A stretch of 64,000 nucleotides of DNA from an uncultured Muribaculaceae bacterium (GCA_947179295.1 CAMXAZ010000003.1:46630-110629); one strand, 5' to 3'; counted from the first letter of the stretch, positions 49,126 through 60,800 are shown. Translations and numbers: made by a program. Notes: generated by a model from the letters alone, not told the origin.

Positions 49126-50001
49126 ATGTGGGTAATCCTTGCAATGGTATCGGCCGTATGTCTCGGCTTTTATGATATTATGAAGAAGCTGTCAGTAGAC
49201 GGCAACAACGTGCTCGGCGTTCTTTTTCTCAACACCCTGTTCGGCTCGCTTTTCATGCTTCCGGTGATTATCATCGGTGTCAGTCATGGCAATTACGGAC
49301 TCGGCAACACTTTGGCCGGACATGGTGCCATTTTGATAAAGTCAGGAATCGTTCTGAGCTCATGGCTTCTTGGATATGCAAGTATCAAACACCTGCCCCT
49401 GACAATAGCGGGTCCTGTCAACGCCTCTCGTCCGGTGATGGTGCTTGTAGGCGCGCTGCTGCTTTTCGGCGAAAGACTCAATGCCTGGCAATGGGCCGGT
49501 GTGGTCTTAGGCTTCTGTTCGCTCTACTTCATAAGCCGCGTGGGTGGCAAAGAAGGAATTTCGATGAAGTCAGACAAGTGGGTATGGATGGCTATCGGAG
49601 CAACTGTCATGGGGGCTGTAAGCGCTCTCTATGACAAATATCTTCTCACCCGTTACGAGCCGCTGGAAGTGCAGGCCTGGTATTCGCTCTATCAGATGGT
49701 GATCATGGGCATCACAATCGGGCTGATCCTGCGGGGCAAAGGCAGCGTCAACAGACTGCAATGGCGATGGACCATTCCTTTGATCTCTCTTTTCCTGACG
49801 GTGGCCGACATAGCTTATTTCTACAGCCTGTCGCTCGATGGGTCGATGATTGCTGTTGTCTCCATGATCCGCCGCGGCAGCGTGATAGTGTCATTCTTCT
49901 ATGGCGTTATCGCACTCCATGAAAAGAATATCAAACTTAAGATTATCGACCTCTCACTCCTGCTCATAGGTCTGACATTCCTTGTAATCGGAAGTCTTTA
50001 G
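49126..50001 (+). CDS. EamA/DMT-family transporter
   Basis: 291 aa with 10 hydrophobic segments in two EamA-like halves. Confidence 0.8.
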   Translation: MWVILAMVSAVCLGFYDIMKKLSVDGNNVLGVLFLNTLFGSLFMLPVIIIGVSHGNYGLGNTLAGHGAILIKSGIVLSSWLLGYASIKHLPLTIAGPVNASRPVMVLVGALLLFGERLNAWQWAGVVLGFCSLYFISRVGGKEGISMKSDKWVWMAIGATVMGAVSALYDKYLLTRYEPLEVQAWYSLYQMVIMGITIGLILRGKGSVNRLQWRWTIPLISLFLTVADIAYFYSLSLDGSMIAVVSMIRRGSVIVSFFYGVIALHEKNIKLKIIDLSLLLIGLTFLVIGSL

Positions 50002-50027
50002 AATTTATTAAAAATCCGGGGCAGTCG

Positions 50028-51041
50028 CTATTTCAACCGCATTTTCGAAAATCTCACTGTGGTTTTCAGAAGCGGGAACGAGAGCGAGAGTATTGCGCCG
50101 TCAGTCATCTGCGCATGAACATCTCTTGTGATCGGTTCGAAAGTAGAGTCAATCCACTCAAGATCATAGTGATCCAGAAAAATCGTAGGTCTGAGACGCC
50201 CTTTTCGCATCATGGACTGCCATTCGGAAGCATATGTCTCGGCTCCGCCTACGTAGATTATGTCATAGGCATCGGCTGATTCATTTCTGACAACTGCAAG
50301 CAGATAGCGACCGCCCAAGCGGGCATACTGAGGGTTGTTTTCCCTGTCAAGATACTGCCAATAGCCTTCAAGCGGGTCAGCCGAAGCCATCAGATATTCT
50401 TCAAGAGTCTTGCTGTCCCAGCCGGTGGCCAGACTTCCGGAAGGGCTGAAAATTGTTTCTACCGAATATGACGCCACTGTCAGCGGCCCCTTGCTCCATA
50501 GGCTTACACACTCCGGAGCTTCCGTCATGTCAAGAGCAGTCAGGAATATGTCTGTCATCTTCTTGCCTCCGCCACGCAGTTCCAGCCGTCGCTGTCCGCG
50601 GTCAACAGACAACTGCAGCGTATTATAGCAGCCTGAAGCATTGTCAAACGCACCTATATCCTCACTCCAGACCACCTCACCGCCAATTGTCAGAGTCAGA
50701 ATGCTCTGACGCTTATCAAGGATATCTCCGAATGAAGTATTGCCGTGACGCAACATCAGTCCGATTGTGTCATTCGGGAAAATCACATTCATCCCCCAAT
50801 AGTTCGGGGCCATCCCTACCCTCTCGCCTATTCCGGCCATCGCTCCACGCACATCAATCAGATATGTATCGGCATCCGGCGGCAGCAGCATCCGGCTGGA
50901 GGAATCCGTCAGGAGAAAAGGGGTGTCGGCATATACCCTCTCGGCAACCGGCCGGCCGAAAACGGCTACCGGCTGCATGAGGGCGATTGATACTATAGTT
51001 GCAAACATGACTCCCCTGAGGAGAGAGATTGGAGTAGCCAT
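50028..51041 (-). CDS. secreted protein of unknown function
   Basis: The ORF-track start at 51098 is TTG. ATG 51041 gives MATPISLLRGVMFATIVSIALMQPVAVFG (signal peptide). I recognise no motif. Confidence 0.6.
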   Translation of the reverse strand: MATPISLLRGVMFATIVSIALMQPVAVFGRPVAERVYADTPFLLTDSSSRMLLPPDADTYLIDVRGAMAGIGERVGMAPNYWGMNVIFPNDTIGLMLRHGNTSFGDILDKRQSILTLTIGGEVVWSEDIGAFDNASGCYNTLQLSVDRGQRRLELRGGGKKMTDIFLTALDMTEAPECVSLWSKGPLTVASYSVETIFSPSGSLATGWDSKTLEEYLMASADPLEGYWQYLDRENNPQYARLGGRYLLAVVRNESADAYDIIYVGGAETYASEWQSMMRKGRLRPTIFLDHYDLEWIDSTFEPITRDVHAQMTDGAILSLSFPLLKTTVRFSKMRLK

Positions 51042-51094
51042 TATTTTCCAATGTGTTATGTCAGGAAGCCTGACCGGTGTAATGATTTTGCAGC

Positions 51095-52984
51095 TCAACG
51101 CTTGTCGGCATTGCCTTCATAGAAATTGATATATGCGCGGTTGACCAGACGCACCCCGCCGGGAGTGGGATAATCGCCTGAGAAATACCAGTCGCCAGGA
51201 CATGTTGGTATTGCCTCCCGCTGTCCTTCGAGTGTCTGATAGATAATATCCACCTCGGCGTTTATCGAGCCGTCGGCAGTCAGCATCTCTACAATCTTGC
51301 GCGAGATCTCTTCCTGAGTGAAAGGTGCATAGATATCTTTCACGCAGTTGCGCATCTCTATGTCAAGAAGTTTTTCCTGCTGCCGGCATTTTTCATAAGT
51401 CTCGTGGAGCACATTTTCCATGCCTCGGTCTTTAAGCAGCTCCACAGCGGCACGGAATGCGATAAACTCGCCCATGCGTGACATGTCGATACCATAGTAG
51501 TCAGGATAGCGAACCTGCGGTGAGGATGACACAACCACAATCTTGCGCGGATGCAGCCTGTCAAGCATCTTGAGAATAGACTGTTTGAGAGTTGTGCCTC
51601 TGACAATACTGTCGTCAATAACCACCAGATTGTCTACGCCGTTCTCTACTATTCCATATGTCACATCATAGACATGTGCGGCAAGATCATTACGGGCATC
51701 GCCTTCGGCAATGAAGGTACGGAGCTTTATATCCTTGATAGCTACCTTCTCGACTCGCAGATTCCGCTCCATGATCTCGCTCAGGCGCTTCGGATCAAGA
51801 GTACCGTCGGCCTGCGCGGCAAGAATCTCACGCTCTTTAATGATATTCAGCTCCTTGTCAAGCTGATCGACCATACCAAGGAAAGCCACTTCAGCCGTGT
51901 TGGGGATAAACGAGAATACCGAATGGGCCAGATCATTGTCTATACTTTTCATTATGGCGGGCACCACATTCCTTCCAAGCTGCTTGCGTTCACGATAGAT
52001 GTCGGCGTCACTGCCCCGCGAGAAGTAGATGCGCTCAAACGAGCAACGCTGGTTCTCGGCCTCGCCAAGAACATCCGTTACAGAAACCTGACCGGCCTTG
52101 CTGACGATTATCGCGCTTCCGGGAGTCAGTTCGCTTACCGCACGGCGCGGCACATCAAACACAGTCTGGATGACAGGACGTTCAGAAGCCACTACCACTA
52201 CTTCATCATCACGATAGTAGAACGCCGGACGAATACCGTGGCGGTCACGCAACACAAACATATCGCCTGAGCCGGTGGCTCCACAGATGACGAATCCGCC
52301 ATCCCACTGCGGAGCTGTCGGGGCAAGAACGCGGGTCATGTCAAGATTATCCTCAATAACAACACTGAGTTTCTGACCTGACATGGAATCACGATACTGA
52401 CGGTAGATGCGGTGATTTTCCTTGTCAAGGGCATCGCCGAGCTGTTCGAGCAGGACCACGGTGTCACTATAGATTCTCGGATGCTGACCACAGGCCACCA
52501 CTCCATTGAAAATGGAATCGACATTGGTCATATTGAAGTTTCCACACATCAGCAGATTGCGCGAGCGCCAGTTGTTTCTGCGCAGAAAGGGATGACAATA
52601 CGAAAGACCGCTCTTGCCAGTGGTAGAATACCGCAGATGGCCCATGTAGATCTCTCCGATAAAAGGAGCGTAGCTGTCCACCCACTCCGGATCATGCCCC
52701 GAAAGACCTACTGCGGAAATCTTGGTCTTGACAGTCTCGAATATCTCCTGAATGGCATCCTTACCAAGGGCTCTCTCACGGAAAACATATTCATTGCCGG
52801 GATGTGCGTGCATCTTGACAACTCCGATGCCCGCACCCTCCTGCCCGCGGTTGTGCTGCTTCTCCATAAGAAGATAGAGCTTGTTCAGGCCGTAGGCATA
52901 GGTGCCATACTTTTCTTTGTAATATTCCAATGGTTTGAGCAGGCGCACCATCGCTATGCCACACTCATGTTTGAGAATCTCCAT
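51095..52984 (-). CDS. class II (Ntn) glutamine amidotransferase / amidophosphoribosyltransferase, long Bacteroidota form
   Basis: Propeptide MEILKHE followed by catalytic CGIAMV. PRTase loop VVIDDSIVRGTT. 629 aa. Confidence 0.85.
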   Translation of the reverse strand: MEILKHECGIAMVRLLKPLEYYKEKYGTYAYGLNKLYLLMEKQHNRGQEGAGIGVVKMHAHPGNEYVFRERALGKDAIQEIFETVKTKISAVGLSGHDPEWVDSYAPFIGEIYMGHLRYSTTGKSGLSYCHPFLRRNNWRSRNLLMCGNFNMTNVDSIFNGVVACGQHPRIYSDTVVLLEQLGDALDKENHRIYRQYRDSMSGQKLSVVIEDNLDMTRVLAPTAPQWDGGFVICGATGSGDMFVLRDRHGIRPAFYYRDDEVVVVASERPVIQTVFDVPRRAVSELTPGSAIIVSKAGQVSVTDVLGEAENQRCSFERIYFSRGSDADIYRERKQLGRNVVPAIMKSIDNDLAHSVFSFIPNTAEVAFLGMVDQLDKELNIIKEREILAAQADGTLDPKRLSEIMERNLRVEKVAIKDIKLRTFIAEGDARNDLAAHVYDVTYGIVENGVDNLVVIDDSIVRGTTLKQSILKMLDRLHPRKIVVVSSSPQVRYPDYYGIDMSRMGEFIAFRAAVELLKDRGMENVLHETYEKCRQQEKLLDIEMRNCVKDIYAPFTQEEISRKIVEMLTADGSINAEVDIIYQTLEGQREAIPTCPGDWYFSGDYPTPGGVRLVNRAYINFYEGNADKR

Positions 52985-53024
52985 TTGCCGGACGAGATAT
53001 GATATAATTGATTTTTATAAAGTG

Positions 53025-53032
53025 CAAAGATA
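53025..53032 (-). promoter_or_regulatory. -7 box TATCTTTG upstream of the PurF-like gene
   Basis: Exact match on the minus strand, 40 nt upstream of ATG 52984. Confidence 0.6.
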
Positions 53033-53064
53033 ATGATTTGACATCACATTTCAAACAGAAATAC

Positions 53065-53105
53065 CCCTGCGAAAAATGCTGTGTCGGAAGCTTGATTTCG
53101 CAGGG
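53065..53105 (-). terminator. terminator after glnA (GS-III)
   Basis: ccctgcgaaa (53065-53074) pairs with tttcgcaggg (53096-53105). On the minus strand it is followed by gtatttctgttt. Confidence 0.55.
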
Positions 53106-53130
53106 ATATACATTGTGATTCTATACTTTA

Positions 53131-55320
53131 TCAGCGGATAAACAGAAGTTCACGATATTTGGGCAGAGGCCACATTTCATTATCGACCATAAGTTCGAGT
53201 TTGTCGATGTGGTAGCGGATAACTTCAAGCGAAGGTGCCACATTGAGCGAGTAGGCCAAAGCTTTCTCACGCTCTTCAGAAATACGATTGGCATCCTTGC
53301 GGGCATTGACCATCTTTGCAACCTCTTCTTTGATTATCGAGCAGTGGTGCATGATCTTCTCTACTGTAGCCGCATCCTGAGATGACAGCTCCTCGCCCTT
53401 GTTGCCGGGGAAGAGAGTGCGGATCTTCACCATATTGTCAAGAAGGATCGAGAGATAGCGTGTGGCCACGGGTATGATATGATTGATGGCAAGGTCGCCG
53501 AGCACACGGGCTTCGATCTGAATCTTCTTGGTGTACATTTCCCACTTCACTTCGTTGCGGGCTTCAAGCTCGACGTGGTTCATGACTCCGGTCTTGCGGA
53601 ACATCTCGATTGACGACGGACGCAGATAGGCGTCAAAGATAAGCGCCGGATTGGTCTCGCAGTCAAGTCCGCGGCGGGCGGCTTCTTCTTTCCATTCGTC
53701 TGAATAGCCGTTGCCGTCGAAGTGGATGGCTTCGGAATACAGAAGAAGAGCCTTGATCTCGGCAAGAAGCGCATGCTGCAGACCTTCGCCTGCCGCAAGG
53801 CGCGAGTCAACCTTCTGCTTGAAGTCGGCAAGCTGTTCGGCTACCGCAGCATTCAGGGCAATCATGGCCGATGCACAGTTGGCACTTGAGCCTACGGCAC
53901 GGAACTCGAAACGGTTTCCGGTGAATGCGAAAGGCGATGTGCGGTTGCGGTCGGTGTTGTCGATCATGAGTTCCGGAATCTGAGCCACACCGAGATCGAG
54001 TTTCTCTTTACCGGCAAGTGCGATCAGTTCGTCTTTGTCTGAATTCTTGATCTTGTTGAGAATATCGGCGAGCTGGCTGCCGGTGAAGATCGAGATGATT
54101 GCAGGAGGCGCTTCGTTGGCTCCGAGGCGGTGGCAGTTGGTAGCCGACATGATCGAAGCCTTGAGCAGGGCATTGTGACGGTGCACGGCTGCCATGACAT
54201 TAGCCACGAATGTAATGAACTGAAGATTCTCCATCGGAGTTTTTCCGGGTGCGAAAAGCAGTGTGCCGGTGTCGGTTCCGAGACTCCAGTTGTTATGCTT
54301 GCCTGATCCGTTGATTCCTGCAAACGGCTTTTCGTGAAGCAGAATGCGGAAGTTATGGCGGCGGGCCACTTCAGCCATCACCGACATGATCAGCATGTTG
54401 TGGTCATTGGCAAGGTTGGTTTCCTCGAAGATCGGGGCAAGCTCGAACTGATTGGGCGCAACCTCGTTGTGGCGGGTCTTGGCCGGAATTCCGAGTTTGT
54501 GGGCTTCGATTTCAAGATCGAGCATGAATGCCTGCACACGCGAAGGTATAGCACCGAAATAATGGTCTTCAAGCTGCTGGTTTTTGGCCGATTCATGACC
54601 CATCAGTGTGCGGCCGGTCATCACGAGGTCGGGACGGGCGGCATAAAGAGCCTCGTCAACAAGGAAATACTCCTGTTCCCATCCGAGATTCGAGATCACA
54701 TGCTGTACGTTGGGGTCAAAATAGCGGGCCACTCCTGTACCGGCTTTGTCGACGGCTGAAAGTGCGCGCAGAAGCGGTGTCTTATAGTCAAGCGACTCTC
54801 CGGTGTAGGAGATAAAAATTGTCGGGATACAGAGTGTGTTGTCAAGGATGAACACAGGCGAGGAGATGTCCCATGCGGAATAACCGCGGGCCTCGAATGT
54901 GTTGCGGATTCCGCCGTTGGGGAAACTTGAGGCATCCGGTTCCTGCTGCACAAGCAGTTTGCCTGAGAATTCCTCTACGATTCCGCCTTTGCCGTCATGC
55001 TCGATGAATCCGTCATGCTTTTCGGCGGTGGTTTCTGTCAGCGGCTGAAACCAGTGTGTGTAGTGGCGCACACCGTTGTCAATCGCCCAGCGCTTCATGC
55101 CTTCGGCCACACTGTCGGCCACCTCTCGTGAGATAGGCTTTTTGTTGTCAATCGCATCGATCAGCGCCTTGTAGGTATCCAGAGGAAGATACTCATACAT
55201 TTTTGCGCGGTTGAACACTTTGCTGGCATAGTATTCCTGCGGACGTTCCTTGGGAATGTCAACCTCAACGGCTTTGCGGTTTGAAGCTTCTTCAACTACC
55301 TTGAATCTTAAACTTGACAT
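53131..55320 (-). CDS. glnA: glutamine synthetase type III
   Basis: 729 aa; ...HYTHWFQPLT..., ...VAPNQFELAPIFE..., ...NGSGKHNNWS.... Confidence 0.93.
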   Translation of the reverse strand: MSSLRFKVVEEASNRKAVEVDIPKERPQEYYASKVFNRAKMYEYLPLDTYKALIDAIDNKKPISREVADSVAEGMKRWAIDNGVRHYTHWFQPLTETTAEKHDGFIEHDGKGGIVEEFSGKLLVQQEPDASSFPNGGIRNTFEARGYSAWDISSPVFILDNTLCIPTIFISYTGESLDYKTPLLRALSAVDKAGTGVARYFDPNVQHVISNLGWEQEYFLVDEALYAARPDLVMTGRTLMGHESAKNQQLEDHYFGAIPSRVQAFMLDLEIEAHKLGIPAKTRHNEVAPNQFELAPIFEETNLANDHNMLIMSVMAEVARRHNFRILLHEKPFAGINGSGKHNNWSLGTDTGTLLFAPGKTPMENLQFITFVANVMAAVHRHNALLKASIMSATNCHRLGANEAPPAIISIFTGSQLADILNKIKNSDKDELIALAGKEKLDLGVAQIPELMIDNTDRNRTSPFAFTGNRFEFRAVGSSANCASAMIALNAAVAEQLADFKQKVDSRLAAGEGLQHALLAEIKALLLYSEAIHFDGNGYSDEWKEEAARRGLDCETNPALIFDAYLRPSSIEMFRKTGVMNHVELEARNEVKWEMYTKKIQIEARVLGDLAINHIIPVATRYLSILLDNMVKIRTLFPGNKGEELSSQDAATVEKIMHHCSIIKEEVAKMVNARKDANRISEEREKALAYSLNVAPSLEVIRYHIDKLELMVDNEMWPLPKYRELLFIR

Positions 55321-55358
55321 AGTTGCACGTAGTGTTAAATATTTATAAATCGTGATCT

Positions 55359-56594
55359 TTATTTTCTATCTGTCGCGCCGAGGCGTTCGATGCACCGGCG
55401 TGTATTTTCGTGAGTATTGAAAGCGGTCAGTCTGAAATAGCCCTCGCCTGAAGGACCGAATCCGCTTCCGGGAGTCCCGACAATGTGATAACGGTCGAGC
55501 AGGTAATCAAAAAACTCCCATGAAGTCATTGTTCCGGGTGTCTTGAGCCATATATACGGTGAATTGATTCCGCCTACAGTCTCATAGCCTGCTTCAGCGA
55601 GACCTTCGCGGAGAATGCGGGCGTTTTCGAGATAATAGTCAATGGTTTCTTTGACCTGACGCTGACCCTCTTCTGTATAGAGAGCTTCGGCCGCGCGCTG
55701 GGTAAGGTAACTTGCTCCGTTGAACTTAGTGGTCTGACGGCGACGCCAGAGTCCGTTAAGCGCAACCTTGTTTCCCTTATCATCCAGGCCTTTGAGCTCT
55801 TTGGGCACTACGGTGTAACCGAGACGGATGCCGGTAAAGCCTGCTGTCTTGGAAAAACTGCGGAATTCGATGGCCACCTCTCTGGCTCCTTCTATTTCAT
55901 AGATTGAATGCGGCACATCTTCTTCGCGTATGAAGGCCTCATAGGCAGCGTCGAACAGTAGCAGAGCGCCATGCTCGCGGCAATAATCAACCCACACTTT
56001 CAGCTGACTGCGGGTCAGAGTGGTTCCGGTAGGATTGTTCGGATAGCAGAGATATATCACATCCGGATTGTTGACAGGAAGAGCGGGCACAAAGCCGTTT
56101 TCAGCCGTACAGGGCAGATATTCGATCTCCGACCAGCGGCCGTCGGCACCGAGATCTCCGGCACGGCCTCCCATCACATTCGTATCTACATAGACCGGAT
56201 AGACCGGATCGGTCACGGCTACCCGGTTGGCAGTCGAAAGAATGTCACCAATGTTTCCGGTATCGCTTTTAGCACCGTCACCGACAAAAATCTCATCGAT
56301 GTCTATTTCTATGCCGCGTTTGCGATAGTCATAGCGCGCTATCTTTTCGGCAAGAAACGAATAGCCCTGCTCAGGTCCATATCCGTGAAAGGTTTCGCCT
56401 GACGCCTCGTCGTCCACAGCTTTGTGGAGAGCATCGACAGCCGCCTGACACAGCGGGCGGGTCACATCTCCGATACCCATGCGTATTATGTCTGCGCCGG
56501 GATGGCTTTCAGCATAGGCATTAACCCTGCGGGCCACCTCACTGAAAAGATATGACGCCGGAAGTTTAGTGAAATTATCGTTGATTCTAAACAT
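55359..56594 (-). CDS. dapL: LL-diaminopimelate aminotransferase
   Basis: [30 protein letters not shown]-lysine region [15 protein letters not shown]. 411 aa. Confidence 0.92.
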   Translation of the reverse strand: MFRINDNFTKLPASYLFSEVARRVNAYAESHPGADIIRMGIGDVTRPLCQAAVDALHKAVDDEASGETFHGYGPEQGYSFLAEKIARYDYRKRGIEIDIDEIFVGDGAKSDTGNIGDILSTANRVAVTDPVYPVYVDTNVMGGRAGDLGADGRWSEIEYLPCTAENGFVPALPVNNPDVIYLCYPNNPTGTTLTRSQLKVWVDYCREHGALLLFDAAYEAFIREEDVPHSIYEIEGAREVAIEFRSFSKTAGFTGIRLGYTVVPKELKGLDDKGNKVALNGLWRRRQTTKFNGASYLTQRAAEALYTEEGQRQVKETIDYYLENARILREGLAEAGYETVGGINSPYIWLKTPGTMTSWEFFDYLLDRYHIVGTPGSGFGPSGEGYFRLTAFNTHENTRRCIERLGATDRK

Positions 56595-56630
56595 CTGTTT
56601 TACTCTATATTGTATCTATGATTTTTCATT

Positions 56631-56664
56631 AAAAAAAACGAAAGCACCCGGAAAAGATTTTCGG
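56631..56664 (-). terminator. terminator after dapF
   Basis: Hairpin ccggaaaagattttcgg (56648-56664). On the minus strand it is followed by gtgctttcgtttttttt (A-run 56631-56638 on the + strand). Confidence 0.5.
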
Positions 56665-56731
56665 TTCTTCTCCTGTGATCCACTGCATCCGAGGAGACAC
56701 ACTCACGGCACAGCGTATGGTCAGCCTTTTG

Positions 56732-57604
56732 TCAACGTTGTCGGTAATAATTTCCCTCGAACACTTCAGTGGCGCCACCGGTCATCATGACATGTCCGTT
56801 GTCTGCCCACCTGATGTTCAGATCGCCGCCACGCAGGTGGATTGTGACTTCACGCCCGCAGCGCCCGGTAAGAGCCGCGGCCACTGCCGAGGCACATGCT
56901 CCCGTTCCGCAGGCAAGAGTTTCGCCCGTGCCTCTCTCCCACACCCGCATACGGGCCTCTGTCGGAGATATTATCTGCAGGAATTCTATATTCGCACGGT
57001 CCGGCCACATGGAATGCTTCTCAAGCTCCGGTCCAAGGGTTTCAAAGGGAACATCCTCGATGCGGTCCACGAAAACAACTCCGTGGGGATTGCCCATAGA
57101 GACGGCCGTCACTCTGACTTCGCCACACGAAGTGGCTACCGGCTCCTCGACCATCTTCCCGGCCGTGCTTCTCACAGGCACAAGCTCTGCCTTGAATTCA
57201 GGCTCGCCCATATCGACTGTCACACTCTCAACCTCTCCTGAGGGGCTCATATTAAGCGACAAAACCTTGATCCCGGAAAGGGTTTCAAGGCTTATGCAGG
57301 TTTTGTCAGTGAGATTGTGGTCGTGGACATACTTGGCGATGCAACGGGAGGCATTTCCACACATGCGGGCCTCCGATCCGTCGTTGTTAAACATCCTCAT
57401 CCTGAAGTCGGCTTTGTCCGAGGGGCAGATCAGGACTATCCCGTCGCCTCCTAGACCGAAATGGCGGTCACTCATTTCCTCGGCAAGTTCGGGGAGCCGG
57501 TCGGGCACCGACTCCATGCAGTTGATATAGATGTAGTCGTTGCCGATGCCATGCATCTTGGTGAAGCTTATCAGCTCTCTGTCTTTCTTTGAGCGTGAGG
57601 TCAT
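56732..57604 (-). CDS. dapF: diaminopimelate epimerase
   Basis: FTKMHGIGNDYIYI, catalytic-Cys regions ...MCGNASRC... and ...ETLACGTGACA.... Confidence 0.93.
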   Translation of the reverse strand: MTSRSKKDRELISFTKMHGIGNDYIYINCMESVPDRLPELAEEMSDRHFGLGGDGIVLICPSDKADFRMRMFNNDGSEARMCGNASRCIAKYVHDHNLTDKTCISLETLSGIKVLSLNMSPSGEVESVTVDMGEPEFKAELVPVRSTAGKMVEEPVATSCGEVRVTAVSMGNPHGVVFVDRIEDVPFETLGPELEKHSMWPDRANIEFLQIISPTEARMRVWERGTGETLACGTGACASAVAAALTGRCGREVTIHLRGGDLNIRWADNGHVMMTGGATEVFEGNYYRQR

Positions 57605-57644
57605 AATTTAAACTACTATCCCAAGTTAAATTGAGAAATCACTG

Positions 57645-57652
57645 CAAAGGTA
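57645..57652 (-). promoter_or_regulatory. -7 box TACCTTTG upstream of dapF
   Basis: Exact match on the minus strand, 40 nt upstream of ATG 57604. Confidence 0.6.
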
Positions 57653-57796
57653 AGCATTTTGCTACAAACGCAAGCTTTTTTCACACATTTTTTACATCAA
57701 AACCGTATTTTTATTTTAAATAGCACCTTTTAGACCATTACTTATCTGTTTTTTCTCTTTTTCGCATAATCGCAGCTGCGGGTCATCATTTTTTCG

Positions 57797-57804
57797 TAAC
57801 TTTG
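57797..57804 (+). promoter_or_regulatory. -7 box TAACTTTG upstream of the REC-PPDK_N gene
   Basis: Exact match, 65 nt before ATG 57870. Confidence 0.6.
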
Positions 57805-57869
57805 CGAGTGGATACACCACCTTATTATATATTATATACTACACATAACCTCCCTTATTTATACCGACG

Positions 57870-60800
57870 ATGACCGACGACGCTCTGAGCCAGCTCTACT
57901 TTAAAGACACCGCCTTTCAGAATCTGATGCAGAAGCGCATTTTCAACGTGCTTCTGATTGCCTCGGCCTACGATGCTTTCATGATGGAAGAAGACGGGCG
58001 CGTTGAAGAACAGCTCTATTTTGAATACACAGCCCTCAACCTTTCGTCTCCTCCGCGAGTAACGCGCGCGCTCAATTCGACTGAAGCTATGGAGATCATG
58101 AAGGTCAAAAGTTTCGACCTTGTGATCATGATGCCCGGCAACGATGTCAGCGAGACTTTCACCGGAGCGCGATGCATCCGCGAGGCCTACCCCGATATGC
58201 CGATAATCGTACTCACGCCGTTCTCAAAGGAGGTGTCGCGCCGTCTGGCCAACGAAGATTTTTCAGGCATTGACTATGTATTCTCATGGCTCGGAAATGT
58301 CGATCTGCTCCTGGCCATCATAAAACTGCTTGAAGACAAGATGAACGCCGATGCCGACATCAACGGTGTGGGCGTGCAGATGATACTCCTGGTGGAAGAC
58401 TCCGTCAGATTCTACTCGTCGGTTCTCCCCATCGTCTATAAATTCATCCTCAAACAGTCACGCGAATTCTCGACCGAGGCTCTCAACGAGCATGAGCAGA
58501 TGCTGCGTATGCGCGGACGCCCAAAAGTGATGCTCGCCCGCGACTACGAGGAAGCCATCACTCTCTACGAGCGTTACAGCAACCATATACTCGGTGTGAT
58601 CAGCGACGTCTCTTTCATGCGCGAGGGCAAGAAAGATCCGAAAGCCGGAATCCGCCTCGCCAAAGAGCTGCGCTCACGCGACCCCTACCTGCCGATGATC
58701 ATCGAAAGTTCTGAAAACGAAAACGCCCATGACGTAATCGAACTCGGCGGCACGTTTATCGACAAGAATTCAAAAAAATTCCCCGTTGACCTCGGCAAGG
58801 CCATCATCAACAACTTCGGCTTCGGCGACTTCGTGATCCGCAACCCCGAAACCGGCGAAGAGATCTTCCGCATCAAATCGCTGAAAGACTTGCAGAAAAA
58901 CATCTTCAACATCCCCGCCGAGGCCCTCTACTGGCATGCTTCGTTCAACGACATCTCGCGCTGGCTCTACTCGCGCGCCATGTTCCCGATTGCCGAGGTG
59001 ATCAAACACCACCGCTTCCGCGATCTGAAAGATGCCCCGCAGGTGCGCCAGCTGTTCTTCGACCTGATAGTCAAGTATCGCAAGATGAAAAACCGCGGAG
59101 TTGTGGCAATCTTCCAGAAAGACCGCTTCGACCACTACTCCAACTTCGCCCGCATCGGTCAGGGTTCGCTCGGAGGCAAAGGCCGCGGCCTGGCTTTCAT
59201 CGACTCGATCATCAAAAAAAATCCGGTCTGCGACAATTTCGACGGCATATCAATCACCATCCCGCGCACCGTTGTGCTCTGCACCGACATATTCGATGAG
59301 TTCATGGAGTCGAACCGCCTCTATCCCATAGCCCTCAGCGATGCACCTGATGAAGAAATCCTCCGCCACTTCCTCGAAGGCAAGCTCCCGCGCAGAATCA
59401 AAGACGATCTTCTCGCACTCTTCGAGGTGGTCGACACTCCGATAGCCGTCCGCAGCTCCAGCCTGCTGGAAGACTCCCACTACCAGCCATTTGCCGGTAT
59501 CTACTCCACCTACATGGTTCCAAAGAGCGCCGACCCGCAGCGGATGCTCAAAATGGTCACCGATGCCATCAAGGGTGTCTATGCCTCGGTGTTCTACGCC
59601 GACTCAAAGGCCTACATGACAGCCACCTCCAATATCATCGACCAGGAAAAAATGGCCGTCATTCTTCAGGAAGTGGTCGGCAAAGAGGTCGACGGCTACT
59701 ACTTCCCGTCATTCTCCGGCGTGGGCCGCTCTCTCAACTACTACCCTCTCAACGACGAGAAGCCCGAAGACGGAGTGGCTGAAATAGCCGTAGGTCTGGG
59801 AAAATACATCGTTGACGGCGGTCTCTCACTGCGCTTCTCTCCGCGCCACCCCGACAACGTGCTCCAGACTTCCGAACTTTCACTCGCCTTGCGCGACACA
59901 CAGACACGCATGTATGCCCTCGACATGAAATCGGCCCAGTCTGACAGCGGCCTCATTGTCGACGACGGCTACAACGTGGCAAAAGTCCGCGTCCAGGACC
60001 TCGCCGAAAAGGGGGCTCTAAGATACATGGTGTCGACCTTCGACTTCCGCGACAACGTAATCCGCGACTCCGACTCTGGCGAAGGACGCAAGGTTGTGAC
60101 CTTCAACAATGTGCTCAAACACAAGGTCTACCCGCTTGCCGAAGCCGTTGACTTCATGCTCACCACCGGGCAGAAAGAGATGCAGCGCCCGGTCGAGATA
60201 GAGTTTGCCGGCATCATCGGTCCTGACTCCAAGATGATCGGTCCGGGCGCCAAAAACAAAGGCCGCCTCTACTGGCTCCAGATCCGCCCGATAGTCGACC
60301 GCAAGGAAACCGTTGACGAAGCCCTTATGGCCACCCCCGACGAAAAACTTCTGCTGAAGTCAGGCACAGCTCTCGGCCACGGCAACATCGAGGGCGTGAA
60401 GACGGTGGTCTACGTGCGCCCGGAGAAGTTCTCGTCGTCCAACAACTCGCTCATCGCCCGCGAGATCGAAAAGATCAACCGCGACTTCCTCAACCGCGAA
60501 GAGCGCTATGTGCTCATCGGTCCGGGCCGATGGGGTTCGTCAGACACCTCGCTCGGCATACCCGTGAAATGGCCGGCAATCTCCGCTGCCCGTCTGATTG
60601 TGGAGTCTTCGCTGCCGAGCTACCGCATAGAACCCAGCCAGGGCACACACTTCTTCCAGAACCTCACCTCTTTCGGCGTGGCCTATTTCACCATCGACAC
60701 CAATGCCCGGCGCAAGGAAGGCGAACCGGTCACCGCGCTCTATGACGTTGACTTTCTCAATTCTCAGCCTGCGGTCTACGAAAGCGACTTCATACGCATA

